DNA of 64,000 nt from Myxococcota bacterium (GTDB lineage: Bacteria > Myxococcota_A > Polyangia > Nannocystales > Nannocystaceae): positions 1 to 64,000 of the forward strand of contig JBCCHT010000027.1 of assembly GCA_039028615.1 (NCBI GenBank). Direction: 5' to 3'. Shown here piece after piece: positions 17,534-27,265 of the stretch. The notes beneath the pieces were generated by a model. It was not told where the DNA came from. It did no database searches and worked only from the letters and a program-made list of their open reading frames with translations. The first letter of the stretch is position 1. Each line of letters starts with the position of its first letter. The position numbers were made by a program, and so were the translations under genes.

Positions 17534-18844
17534 ATGGCCCGTCGTTGCGTCCTCCCTTCGTCCTTCTTGCTCCTGCTGGCCTCCTGCTCGGGGCCGACCT
17601 CGAGTGAACACGAGATCGTCGACACGCCCGAGGCTGCGCCGACCCGCGTCGAAGCCCCGACGCCACCCGAGCCCAAGGATGGCGCGAAGTCGGAGCTCGA
17701 TTCCTCCGACGAGTGCGGCCGCACTACCGGACGCAACGAAGAGGGTCAGTGCGAAGCACTGCGGACCCGTGAAGTCGAGCACGTGCAGCAGGTCCAGATC
17801 CCGGCCGGTCGCTTCGTCATGGGCGACGTGCCGCGGACCTACACCACCGCGGTGGGGCGTCACGATCCGCGCGAGCGTTGGCCCGGGCAGCCCCCTCGCT
17901 ACGCGGACTCGGAGTCGTTTTGGATCGACCTGCACGAGGTCACCCGCGGCGAGTACGAAAAGTGCGTCGAGTCGGGCAGCTGCACGCCGGCCCAGTGCTT
18001 CGACGGGGTCGACCCGGTCGAGAAGTTCTCCGACGAGGCCGCGGCCCTGATCCCGCAGACCTGCGTCACCCATGCCCAGGCCACCACCTTCTGCGAGACG
18101 GTCGGGGCGCGCCTGCCCAGCGAGACGGAGTGGGAGCTCGCCGCGCGTGGGGTCGACGTTCGCATCTACCCCTGGGGCAACGACATGCGCGACGAGTACA
18201 ACGCGATGTTGGTCCCGGTGAACGTGATCCGCGGCGACTCGAGCTACTTCGGCATTCGGGGCATGGGCACCAACGCCCTCGAGTGGGTCTCCGATACCTA
18301 CGAGGTCGACAACGGGCTCGAGCCCTATCTCGGCAAGCCCTTCCGCGACGACAACGGCCCCCTGATGAAGGCCGAGGCGGCTCGCGGCCCTCGCTTCGTG
18401 ATGAAGGGCGGCAAGGCGGGCGCGCGTCGAGACAAGGCCGGTGCCGATCGTCGGCTGGGATTCCGCTGTGCCGCCGACGTGTCGCCAGACGACGGGGCCC
18501 TGAAGATTCCCGCCGAGGTCCCGACCATCAACGTCCTGCGCCCCGGCACCAGCGAGCTGCTGGTCTTCGGTGGCATCGCCGAGGCCGTCTCGCGCAAAGA
18601 GGCCGAGCAGTTCTGCGACGCGCTCCGCATCCCGCAGGGACCGCTGACGCTCGAGGGCTTCCGCCTCCCGACCTTGGCCGAGATTCAGGCGATGGCCGAC
18701 GCCTTCCGCGGACCGGGCCCGTTCTGGTCGGCCGACGGCTCGGCCGTGCAAAAGGGCAAGGGCAACGACGCCCCCTGGGAGATCGAAGAGTCGACACCCA
18801 AGGACGCGCTGGGAGCCCGCTGCGTCGTGCCGCTGAACGGGTGA
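17534..18844 (+). CDS. Lipoprotein with FGE-sulfatase (SUMF1/EgtB/PvdO-like) domain and C-terminal DUF1566-like domain
   Basis: Lipobox LASC; IPAGRFVMG, FWIDLHEVT, RLPSETEWELAARG, YPWG, MGTNALEWV, GFRCA; second motif FRLPTLAEI...FWS...ARCV. Confidence 0.85.
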   Translation: MARRCVLPSSFLLLLASCSGPTSSEHEIVDTPEAAPTRVEAPTPPEPKDGAKSELDSSDECGRTTGRNEEGQCEALRTREVEHVQQVQIPAGRFVMGDVPRTYTTAVGRHDPRERWPGQPPRYADSESFWIDLHEVTRGEYEKCVESGSCTPAQCFDGVDPVEKFSDEAAALIPQTCVTHAQATTFCETVGARLPSETEWELAARGVDVRIYPWGNDMRDEYNAMLVPVNVIRGDSSYFGIRGMGTNALEWVSDTYEVDNGLEPYLGKPFRDDNGPLMKAEAARGPRFVMKGGKAGARRDKAGADRRLGFRCAADVSPDDGALKIPAEVPTINVLRPGTSELLVFGGIAEAVSRKEAEQFCDALRIPQGPLTLEGFRLPTLAEIQAMADAFRGPGPFWSADGSAVQKGKGNDAPWEIEESTPKDALGARCVVPLNG

Positions 18845-18912
18845 TCGACGCGTCGGGACGACGCGGCCCGGGCCTGGTGCTCGGCCACTCGAGTTCTGCT
18901 ACCGTCCCCCCG

Positions 18913-19515
18913 ATGTCTTCGTCTCGCTTTGCCTTGTTGTGCTCGGTCCCGCTGCTTGCCGCCGCGCTGGGTTGTCCCAGTCAGCCCACCTCCGCCAAGC
19001 CAGTACCCACCAAGGCCAAGGCCCCCGCCAACAAGGACGCCGCTGCCGCGGGTCCCAAGGCGGTCGCGCCCCCGGCGGCGGCTCCGGCCGCGCCCGCGGC
19101 CCCCGCTGCCGCGCCGACTCCAGCTCCGGCCCCCGCGGCCGCGCCCGAGGCCGCGTCCACGCCTCAGCCCTCCACCGACGACAATCCCGCGCTCGGGCGG
19201 CAGTTCATGGACCCGCGCTGGTTCCGCAAGACCATGTTCGGGGACAAGGGCAAGGCGCTCGACACCAAGCGCAGCGAAGCCGACGAGGCGGGCCGCTTCT
19301 CCAGCATGATTCGCTTCGAGCTCACCGACACCACGGTCGAGCAGTGCGCGGACGAGCTGACCAAGCAGGTCCAGGGCGACATCCCGACCATCGAGCGCAC
19401 CGAAAAAGACGGCCGCATCACCATGCGGGGCGACAACGGCGAGTTCGAAATCACGTTCATGTGCGGCGAGGCCGGCGGTAAGTCGATCGCGTACGTCAGC
19501 TACAAGTGGCTGTGA
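18913..19515 (+). CDS. Hypothetical lipoprotein with Ala/Pro linker
   Basis: MSSSRFALLCSVPLLAAALGC; TACCGT 7 nt upstream of ATG 18913. Confidence 0.75.
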   Translation: MSSSRFALLCSVPLLAAALGCPSQPTSAKPVPTKAKAPANKDAAAAGPKAVAPPAAAPAAPAAPAAAPTPAPAPAAAPEAASTPQPSTDDNPALGRQFMDPRWFRKTMFGDKGKALDTKRSEADEAGRFSSMIRFELTDTTVEQCADELTKQVQGDIPTIERTEKDGRITMRGDNGEFEITFMCGEAGGKSIAYVSYKWL

Positions 19516-19565
19516 TCGCCTGATCGGTGGACGCGGCCAACCTGGCGCGTTAACTTGATCACAGG

Positions 19566-20264
19566 ATGTTGGACGAACGTGGGGGCATGGTCCCCTTTGG
19601 GTGGGCGGTAATCTGCAACGGCAAGCGGCCGGATCAGGTCACGCGCAGCGCCGACGAACTCGCCCAGTGGTCCTCCGACGCCTGCGCTCGGCACTTCCCG
19701 CCCGAGCGCGGCTATCAGATCTCCACGGAGACCCCTGCGGGGGAGACGCCAGGCGTCAACGTGATCGTCCATCGGGGCGACTTCCGTGCCGAAGTCACCA
19801 TCGAGCACGACCCCGACACGCCCAGCCGGGCCCTCGTGGCCGCGCCCATTCGCGCCTTCGGCAACGCCCGCTCCGAGCTGCTCCACGCGGCGCATCGCCA
19901 CGCCGAGGGCCTCGTCAATCGCTGGCGCAACGTCGGTGCCGCCCTGGGCCTTTCGATGTTCTTCTCGCTCGCCTGGCTGATGATCGGCGTCAACAACCCG
20001 GTCTACGTCCTCGGCGGCATGCTGCTCGTGGTGGCCCTGCTGCTCACCCTGATGGCCGGGGGCACCCTGGGGACCTGGTTCGGCGAAGAGCTGGCCCGGC
20101 GGCACCGTGGGCGCGCCAGGGCGCTGGTGCAGCGAGACATCGCGCTCAGCCACGACATGCGGCGCTGGAAGGCGCTGACGCGGCAGCTCACCGCTCAACG
20201 CTCGGCGCTCACGAGCAAGCGCGGGCAGCCCTTCCGCACCGCACCGCGCGAGCTCGCCTCCTGA
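19566..20264 (+). CDS. Hypothetical membrane protein (two TM helices)
   Basis: 232 aa with a hydrophobic hairpin and typical GC3 bias. Confidence 0.7.
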   Translation: MLDERGGMVPFGWAVICNGKRPDQVTRSADELAQWSSDACARHFPPERGYQISTETPAGETPGVNVIVHRGDFRAEVTIEHDPDTPSRALVAAPIRAFGNARSELLHAAHRHAEGLVNRWRNVGAALGLSMFFSLAWLMIGVNNPVYVLGGMLLVVALLLTLMAGGTLGTWFGEELARRHRGRARALVQRDIALSHDMRRWKALTRQLTAQRSALTSKRGQPFRTAPRELAS

Positions 20265-20273
20265 GTCGAGGGC

Positions 20274-21356
20274 TCAGCCCGGGCCGAGCACCAGCGGCGC
20301 GTAGTCGCGGCTCATGCACTCGGCCACGCCCTCGTCCCATCCCCCATCGCCCAGCTCTCCCCAGGCGGACACCGTCGCATCGTCGAGCGCGTGGTTGTTG
20401 ATGTTGGCGCACGGCACCGCGGCCGGCAGCTGAGCGCCCGGGCAGTACCCCGCGTCGGGGCGCTCGTCATGAGGGTCGCGCGGGTCGGCCAGGCCGCTCT
20501 CGGGTGAGACCCACGGGATGGTGAAGGTCCACTCGCTCACCGGGTCGTTGCCGCGAGTGAGGTTGAAGCCGAGGAAGCGCTTGCTGAGCACGTCCTGGGC
20601 GAACTGATGCGCGTAGGCCTCGTCGACGCCCTTGGGAGCGTTGAACGCGAAGTTGAAGACCTTGTAGCGCTCTTCTCGTTCGTAGCCTCGGCTCTCCATG
20701 TAGCGCGCCGCCTGAACGCTGAACAGCTGGGATGCGATGCCGCCGAGGCTGTGCCCCACCACGTGAATGTCCAGCGTGGTGCCGTTGATGTTCATGATCT
20801 GATCGAGGCGATTGCGAAGCGCCTGACCGCCCTCGCTCTCCATGTAGTCGACGACCCGCTGCTGAAAGCCCTGGCCGACCTTCCCCACCACGGTCGTATC
20901 GTGGACCCAGGGGTTGAGGGGGTCGGTGGTGTAGCGGGTCATCCCGTCGAGGTCGTGCCGCAGGTCGTTCAGCGACGTGGGCACCGTGCCGCGAAACGCC
21001 ACCACCACGCTGAAGCGGGGGCCGTGCACGCCGTCGGACCACTCGTAGACCTGGGTATTGTCCGAGCTGAGGTTCGCCCGATGCCGATGCACCGCGGTGC
21101 CCCCACCCGGTCGGCGAATGGTCAGCTCCTGGTGCGCTTGATCGCCGTTGTAGTAGGCAAACTCGGCAGCGCGAGCCATGTCGCCCACGCGATCGGCGAA
21201 GCGTTGGGTGGTCGCGGCCGCTCGGAACGAGGTCTCCTCCTCCACCGCGAACTCGCCCTCCATGTCGCAGGCGGTCGCCGAGAGACAAAGCACGGCCAGC
21301 GCCCACGCCGTGAGGCGAGACGAACGGCGAAACAGGGCATCGGGGTATCGGGTCAT
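20274..21356 (-). CDS. Lipase class 3 family lipoprotein
   Basis: VVAFRGT, GKVGQGF, nucleophile elbow GHSLGG, FNAPK, DPV; lipobox ATAC. Confidence 0.85.
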   Translation of the reverse strand: MTRYPDALFRRSSRLTAWALAVLCLSATACDMEGEFAVEEETSFRAAATTQRFADRVGDMARAAEFAYYNGDQAHQELTIRRPGGGTAVHRHRANLSSDNTQVYEWSDGVHGPRFSVVVAFRGTVPTSLNDLRHDLDGMTRYTTDPLNPWVHDTTVVGKVGQGFQQRVVDYMESEGGQALRNRLDQIMNINGTTLDIHVVGHSLGGIASQLFSVQAARYMESRGYEREERYKVFNFAFNAPKGVDEAYAHQFAQDVLSKRFLGFNLTRGNDPVSEWTFTIPWVSPESGLADPRDPHDERPDAGYCPGAQLPAAVPCANINNHALDDATVSAWGELGDGGWDEGVAECMSRDYAPLVLGPG

Positions 21357-21537
21357 CGTCCACTCCGTCCGCGAGGTGCCAACGCCAGGCACCACCGCCG
21401 CGTCGTGCGGGTGCTGCACCGGATTGGCGAGACCTCTACGTACGAAGTGCCCGACGCGAGCGATGATTATTCACTCGGGCCGCGATGGAGCCGGCCTCGG
21501 GCCGGGCTCCGTCTCGAGCGTATCGGGGCCTGCGGGC

Positions 21538-22557
21538 TCAGCAGGGGCCGATGGTCGACGACATTTCGTCGACCTCGTCCTCGCCGTAGTGGATCAGCGT
21601 GCCGTGGTTGTTGCCCGCAGAAAACAGGTTGCCTCCAGAGAACAACACCGAGCCTTCGTGTCCTCGCACGGCGTGGAAGTCCTCGCGGGTGATCGACGTA
21701 TCGGGACACTCCCACTCACCGTCGCGATAAAGCCCCATGCCGCCGAGGAAGCCGGCGATCCACACGTCGCCCTCTTCAGAGACCCAGACGCCGTTGAGGC
21801 CATTGTTGGCGCAGGTCGGATCGACGGTCACCGTGGTCCAGGCCCCGCCCTCCCAGTTCATGACCACGGGCTGCTGCAATCCGCCCACGGCCCAGACGTC
21901 GCCGGACGAGTTGCCGTGCACGGTCAGCAAGCGCTCGCCGCCGGGCGGGTGGTGCTCGACGAGGGTGTCGCCCTCGAGGGTCCAGGCCACGCCCACACCG
22001 ACGAGCCAGTCCTGCCAGACCTTGAACACGACGCCGGGGAGCTGGTCGGCGAGCAGGCTCCATTCGCCGTCGGCGTTGCGCTGCCAGACTTCGCCCTGCT
22101 GGGTCTCCCAGACGTCGCCGCCCACCGCGATCACGCGATCGCCCTGGTCGAAGACGCCGTAGAGCACGGCTTCGGTGGCGACGCTCTCGTCGGCTCGCAC
22201 GCCGTCGCGCTCGTGGAGGATGGTGCCCTCCTCACCGACGGCGTACCACTCGGTGGCCGAGGGCGCGTCGATCCACCACAAGGTGTGCTCGGTGACCTCG
22301 GTCTCGTAGCACAGCTGACCATCGCGCCAGCGCACGAGATAGCCAGGGCCGCCCGGCTCGACCCCCGGCTCCGAGGACAGATCGCCCCCCACGAAGACCA
22401 GCTCTTGCCCGACGTTGGCGGCCGACAGCAGCACCCCCCCGTCGATGGTCGCGGCGAGCTGAGAGTAGACGGGGTCCGCCTCCGCGGGCGGCTCGGGCTT
22501 GCACACGGCCAGCGCGAGGACGCCGAGCACCCACAGGGATCGAGAAGGCTTGGTCAT
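21538..22557 (-). CDS. Beta-propeller-like repeat lipoprotein
   Basis: Repeated WxVG / LYGVF / LNGVW / FHAV blades; signal LALAVC; overlaps the cytochrome stop. Confidence 0.75.
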   Translation of the reverse strand: MTKPSRSLWVLGVLALAVCKPEPPAEADPVYSQLAATIDGGVLLSAANVGQELVFVGGDLSSEPGVEPGGPGYLVRWRDGQLCYETEVTEHTLWWIDAPSATEWYAVGEEGTILHERDGVRADESVATEAVLYGVFDQGDRVIAVGGDVWETQQGEVWQRNADGEWSLLADQLPGVVFKVWQDWLVGVGVAWTLEGDTLVEHHPPGGERLLTVHGNSSGDVWAVGGLQQPVVMNWEGGAWTTVTVDPTCANNGLNGVWVSEEGDVWIAGFLGGMGLYRDGEWECPDTSITREDFHAVRGHEGSVLFSGGNLFSAGNNHGTLIHYGEDEVDEMSSTIGPC

Positions 22558-24581
22558 GGCTCGACAATCACATCGAGGGCACGCTGGAGGACGTCGGGCG
22601 CGGCGGGGCCGGTGCCTTCGTGCACCCAGGTGGTGAGGGGGTCACCGTTGGCGTCGAGGAACTGGAGGCCGTCGACCGGGTCGGCGCTGGGCGCTGCGAG
22701 CATGAACTCGCCCGTGCCGAAGCCGTAGACCCCGCGCACGCGCGCCATCTCTTCGTCGCTGTCGTTGGTGCGGTGACAGGTGTCGCACCCCCGCGGGTTG
22801 GCGGTGGTGGTGTGCGAGAAGAACGGCGCAAAGCCGTTGTTGGCGGCCAGCCCGTCGCGGTGGCGGAACTCGCCGAGCACCTCGGTGCCGCCCTCGCCGT
22901 CTTCGACGGCCTCGCCCAGCAGCACTTCGCCTTCCCCGGTTCCGTAGGCGCTGGAGCCCACGATGCTCATCTGGACCTGCTGCGAGGCCACCACGTTCTG
23001 GATGCGACCGTCGGGCGCAGTGCCCAGCAACACGTCGGTGATCGAGAACGTGGCCCGGCTGCCGCGGGTGAGGCCAGGGGTGCTCTGGCCGGTCTGATAG
23101 TCGACCTGGTCGAGCCGCAGGTCGTAGGTGACGTGGCAGCCCACGCACTGCTGCGACCAGGCGGTGTGGCACGAATCGCAGGTGAGCGAGTCGGTATGCG
23201 ACCACCCGCCTTCGTCGGTGCCCATCGCGGCGTGCATGGCCGCCGAGGCGCCGTTGCTGGCCAAGATGTCGGCCACCTGCACCACGGGATGCTCGGCGCC
23301 GTCGACCTTACCCGTCAGCACCACCGTGCCGTCGCCACGCTGCGACAGCTGCGGGAGCGGGCGCCCCGACTCGGTGCGGTACACCCCCTCGGCATCGGGC
23401 TCGATCCCCTCGCGCACGGTGCCGTGGCAGTCCTCGCACGACAGGTCGACCTGCTGCTTCGAGGTGCTGAACAGCCGCCCCGTGCCGTGTACATCGCTGC
23501 CCACGTGGCAATCGACGCAGTGCATGCCCGCCGCGTAGTGCAGGTCGGGCGGCGTCTCGTCGTAGTCGTTGGTGGTGTCTTCGTCCGTGTAGTAGTAGCC
23601 CGGCGAGTGCCCATAAAGCGTGTCTTGGATGGGCTCGGCGTTGGGGGGCGTGGACGCGCTACCGAAGCCGCCCTCACGGATGCCGCGGAAGGCCAGGCCG
23701 ATGCGACCGCCCTGGAAGTGGCATGTGGCGCACTGCTCGGCCGGGATGGCGGTGGTGATCTCGTGACGCCGCGGATGCACCGGGCTGCCCTTGGGGATGG
23801 TGGGGTCGCCCCCCTCGTAGATCCCCAGCTGGTCGTAGACCACGTGGCACGAGGCACAGCCCGACGAGCGATACAGGGCGGGCGAGTTGTTGCGCGGGTA
23901 CCCGGCCTGATGACACGTGTTGCAGTTCTTGGCGAGGTAGTGGCCGTAGGCCAGCGTCTCGATGGCGGCCTGGTCGCCCGAGGCGATGACCTCGGTGATG
24001 GCGTCCGCATCGGCGGGCTGTAGCGTCTCGAGCGAGCACACCGTGCCCGGGATGGAGGGGTCGCAGTCGGGATCGACCGCCTCGTAGGACCCCACGTGGG
24101 CGAGCCGATCCTCTTGGATGCCGGCCAAGAACAAGGTGGGGAAGTAGTGCCCCGCGTTGGTCACCATGATCGAGGTCGGCATGGTGGCCGCCTGATTGGG
24201 GTGGCAGACCCCGCAGGTGCCATCGACGACCCGAATGTCGCTGGGGTTGATGAACTTCACGTAGGCCGGGTCGAGCTGGTCGAGCTGGTCGGGCGCGAAG
24301 TCTCGGATGAAGCCATGGGGCGCGGGGGGAAGGCCCGAGCCACGGACCTCGGCCCAGTTGTCGGGCACGGGTATGTGGGCGGCTTCTTTGGTGGAGGCCA
24401 GTGCGTCGCCGCCGTGGCATACGACGCACTCTTCCTCGGGGATGGGGCCATGGGCTTGCTCGATGCCGAGGTGGCAGCTCAAGCAGCCGACCTCCGCGGG
24501 AGGGTCGGGCTCGCAGCCGAGGCACCACACGCTCATGGCGACCAACGGCAACCCACGCCAAAGGTGCGATCGAAGGGGCAT
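22554..24581 (-). CDS. Multiheme (11 CxxCH) cytochrome c lipoprotein
   Basis: CLSCH, CVVCH, CGVCH, CNTCH, CASCH, CATCH, CVDCH, CEDCH, CDSCH, CVGCH, CDTCH; lipobox CLGC; GGAGG RBS. Confidence 0.92.
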   Translation of the reverse strand: MPLRSHLWRGLPLVAMSVWCLGCEPDPPAEVGCLSCHLGIEQAHGPIPEEECVVCHGGDALASTKEAAHIPVPDNWAEVRGSGLPPAPHGFIRDFAPDQLDQLDPAYVKFINPSDIRVVDGTCGVCHPNQAATMPTSIMVTNAGHYFPTLFLAGIQEDRLAHVGSYEAVDPDCDPSIPGTVCSLETLQPADADAITEVIASGDQAAIETLAYGHYLAKNCNTCHQAGYPRNNSPALYRSSGCASCHVVYDQLGIYEGGDPTIPKGSPVHPRRHEITTAIPAEQCATCHFQGGRIGLAFRGIREGGFGSASTPPNAEPIQDTLYGHSPGYYYTDEDTTNDYDETPPDLHYAAGMHCVDCHVGSDVHGTGRLFSTSKQQVDLSCEDCHGTVREGIEPDAEGVYRTESGRPLPQLSQRGDGTVVLTGKVDGAEHPVVQVADILASNGASAAMHAAMGTDEGGWSHTDSLTCDSCHTAWSQQCVGCHVTYDLRLDQVDYQTGQSTPGLTRGSRATFSITDVLLGTAPDGRIQNVVASQQVQMSIVGSSAYGTGEGEVLLGEAVEDGEGGTEVLGEFRHRDGLAANNGFAPFFSHTTTANPRGCDTCHRTNDSDEEMARVRGVYGFGTGEFMLAAPSADPVDGLQFLDANGDPLTTWVHEGTGPAAPDVLQRALDVIVEP

Positions 24582-24588
24582 GGGCGAC

Positions 24589-25146
24589 TCAGCCTCCGTT
24601 ACCAACATTGAGAGTCACGGGCTGTCGCGCCGTCGCCTCGTTGCCGTCGACGTCGGTCACCGTCACCACGAGATCGATCAGCCGGCCGTCGAGGCTCAGC
24701 AGATCGTCGTTGCTCGAGTACTTGTCGGAATCGAAGCCGACCACGGCGCCATCGAAGCGACCGCCGACTCCGGCCTCGCATAATAGCGCCGCGCCCTCGA
24801 GGAAGAACGACCCGTCGTTGACCCCATCGACCTCGACGTCCATGAGGATGTCGGCGGTAGAGCCACTGCCGGCCGCCAGACCCTCGGTGGTGATGACCAC
24901 CGTGACCCCGAAGCCACCCTGGGGGGCCACCGCAAGGCCGACGCCTTCGCCGTCTTCGTAGGCGGTGAAGGCCCCTCCGACGCCCTTGCCGAGCTCTACG
25001 CTGGGGTTTGCGCCCGATGCACAGGGATCGGCGGCCGGGTCTTCTTCACAACCGGCGCTGAGCAGAGCGACGCCGGCCGACAACAACCACGCGGCCGCGA
25101 CCCGACCACGTCCAAGATTAGTTCTAAGAGATTCGATACCGGGCAC
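24589..25146 (-). CDS. Hypothetical lipoprotein, first gene of the cytochrome operon
   Basis: Lipobox SAGC; TAGGCT 7 nt upstream of the GTG start. Confidence 0.75.
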   Translation of the reverse strand: MPGIESLRTNLGRGRVAAAWLLSAGVALLSAGCEEDPAADPCASGANPSVELGKGVGGAFTAYEDGEGVGLAVAPQGGFGVTVVITTEGLAAGSGSTADILMDVEVDGVNDGSFFLEGAALLCEAGVGGRFDGAVVGFDSDKYSSNDDLLSLDGRLIDLVVTVTDVDGNEATARQPVTLNVGNGG

Positions 25147-25215
25147 CGCCGCAAGCCTACCATCGAGACGGGCCCGACGCCGCTTCTCGGAGGCCCACCC
25201 GGGCGGGGGCCAGCG

Positions 25216-26166
25216 CTACTTTTTGCGCTTCTTGCCTTTGCCCTTGCCGCCTTTTCCCTTTTGGTACTTCTTGGCGTGCTTGACGTTGCGATTCGCTCGT
25301 CGTGCCACCTGCCCGTCCTGCTGCATGCGGCGCGGCGCCTCGCCCACTTCGGGAATGAGCTCACCGTCGGCCAGCTGTGCCAGCTGGAGGATCGACGCAT
25401 AGAGAAAAGGGTTCAGCTCGAGCGACAGCCGCTTGTCGAGCTGGCGCACCGTGACCTGCTGCTTCACCGGGAGTCGCACGTTGTGGGCCTTGACCGCGGT
25501 GGGCCAGCCCTCGTGCTCGGGGCGGGTGCTCTCCTCCTCGACCCGGGGCAGGTGCATGCGACAGCAGATCGGCCGCTGCTCCCAGATGCGACAGCGCTGC
25601 TTGCCCTCGTCGAGGAAGGGGCAGGGCTGCATCTTCTTGGCGAATGCGACGCGACCGCGCTGCACCGCCTTGCCCGACATCCGCATGCGCTCCGGGTCCT
25701 TGCCCGTGTGCAACGCCTGGATGTCCTTGAACTGCTGCTCGCCGTACTCGGCCAGCTTCTGCGCGACCTTGGGGAAGTCGCGCCAGGTCCGGACCTCGCG
25801 ATAGATGGACATCGCCTCGGCCGCCATCACGGGCATGGGCGCCGCGTAGCAGGCCCCGCATCCCCCCGGCTCACCGGGGCGCTTGGCGTCCTGACCCTCG
25901 GGCAAAAACGCCCGAACCTTGTCGAAGTACGCGTCGTAGCCCTCGTGGAGCTCGTCCACGGCCGCCGAGAAGCCTCGCGGCAGCCGCTTGGTCTCCTTGA
26001 TGTCCGCGATGCCGGGCAGCGCCGAGAGCTTGTCGAGCGCGCTCTGCATGGTCGCGCTCTCGGCCTTGGTCGCCTTGCGAGCGCCCCGGGACGGCCGCGT
26101 GACGTGGTCGCGCGGCAGCCGAGGGCGCGGACCGAAAAAGACACCGATCAGATCCGCCAGGGCCAT
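25216..26166 (-). CDS. YkgJ-family (CxxCxxCC) cysteine-cluster protein with Lys-rich tail
   Basis: GCGACY, CPFLDE, CRIWEQRPICCR; C-terminus KGKGGKGKGKKRKK. Confidence 0.8.
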   Translation of the reverse strand: MALADLIGVFFGPRPRLPRDHVTRPSRGARKATKAESATMQSALDKLSALPGIADIKETKRLPRGFSAAVDELHEGYDAYFDKVRAFLPEGQDAKRPGEPGGCGACYAAPMPVMAAEAMSIYREVRTWRDFPKVAQKLAEYGEQQFKDIQALHTGKDPERMRMSGKAVQRGRVAFAKKMQPCPFLDEGKQRCRIWEQRPICCRMHLPRVEEESTRPEHEGWPTAVKAHNVRLPVKQQVTVRQLDKRLSLELNPFLYASILQLAQLADGELIPEVGEAPRRMQQDGQVARRANRNVKHAKKYQKGKGGKGKGKKRKK

Positions 26167-26236
26167 TGTCCGCGCGGTCTTAGCATCGGGGCGCGACCCT
26201 TGCCAGCGCCATTGGCGCGCAGGTAGCGTGCAGGGC

Positions 26237-27202
26237 ATGGCGTCCCCCCGATCGAGGCTCTACTCCCGGATCGTGGTCGCCACAGCCGCAGCGCTCCTCA
26301 CCGCCGGCTGTGGGCCGTCCAAGCCGCCCTCCACGCCTCCCACGGGCGAGCCGACCCCCGAGGGCACCGATGTCGAGCTTCGCTACGCCGCCGCCGTGCC
26401 CCTCGACCAGAGCCTCCAGGTCGAACTCACACACACCAGCCTGGGCATGTACCTCGACTCCCGGATCGACGTGAAGGCGACGCAGACGCTCTCCGCGACC
26501 GGCAACCAGCTGAAGGCGGCCTGGACGGTGGAGTCGATCGAGGCGCTCGAGCTCGAGGGCACCGCCGACGCCAAGGAGATCGAACGGACCCGGTCGCTCA
26601 TCACCGATCACGGCGCAGGCACGACCCTCATCGACGCGCGCGGCTTGGTCGACATCGCGGGGACCGAGGCCGAGCCCACCAACGAGAAGCGACTCCAGGC
26701 CCAGGACGAGGCCGCGAAGCAATCCCCGGCCGGAGCCCTGCTGGCGACCGTGCTCTTCGACGAGCTGGCGCTGCCTCGCCTCCCCGAGCAGCCGCTGCGC
26801 ATGGAGCAGCCCTTCGAGTTCGAGGAGGAGACGGAGACCGTGGTCACCGACCTCGAGCAGACCCTGCCCACCACGACGCTGGTTCGGTTCACGCTGCGGC
26901 GCATCGACGAGACCGGGCTCGCCGAGATCGCCATCGAGCGCGCCTCGGTGGCCGAGCTCGACGAGGATCCAGCGGAAGCGGCCCTCGAAGCCGCCGGGGA
27001 AGACCCCGCGGCAGACGAAGGCGACGCGGAAGACGGCGCGCCCTACGTGCGCATGGAGACCAAGACCGACGGTACGCTGCTCTTCGACGCCGCTCGCGGC
27101 CTGCCCGTGAGCCTCGAGCTCAACCGCACCGAACGCTTCGTCATCGGCGAGGAAGAGGTGGAGCGCAACATCGGGGTACGCTCCACCTACGAGGTGCGCT
27201 GA
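26237..27202 (+). CDS. Hypothetical lipoprotein
   Basis: Lipobox TAGC; TAGCGT 7 nt upstream of ATG. Confidence 0.75.
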   Translation: MASPRSRLYSRIVVATAAALLTAGCGPSKPPSTPPTGEPTPEGTDVELRYAAAVPLDQSLQVELTHTSLGMYLDSRIDVKATQTLSATGNQLKAAWTVESIEALELEGTADAKEIERTRSLITDHGAGTTLIDARGLVDIAGTEAEPTNEKRLQAQDEAAKQSPAGALLATVLFDELALPRLPEQPLRMEQPFEFEEETETVVTDLEQTLPTTTLVRFTLRRIDETGLAEIAIERASVAELDEDPAEAALEAAGEDPAADEGDAEDGAPYVRMETKTDGTLLFDAARGLPVSLELNRTERFVIGEEEVERNIGVRSTYEVR

Positions 27203-27265
27203 CGCGCTGGGCTCGCTCGCAGTCTCGTGCATCTGCTGACAGCTGCCGTCGGGAGACTCGGGGGT

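Noticed and set aside
17878..18912. N-terminal 345 aa of ORF 17878-19515
   Set aside because: It overlaps the FGE-domain gene; the lipoprotein signal and -10 box point to a start at 18913.
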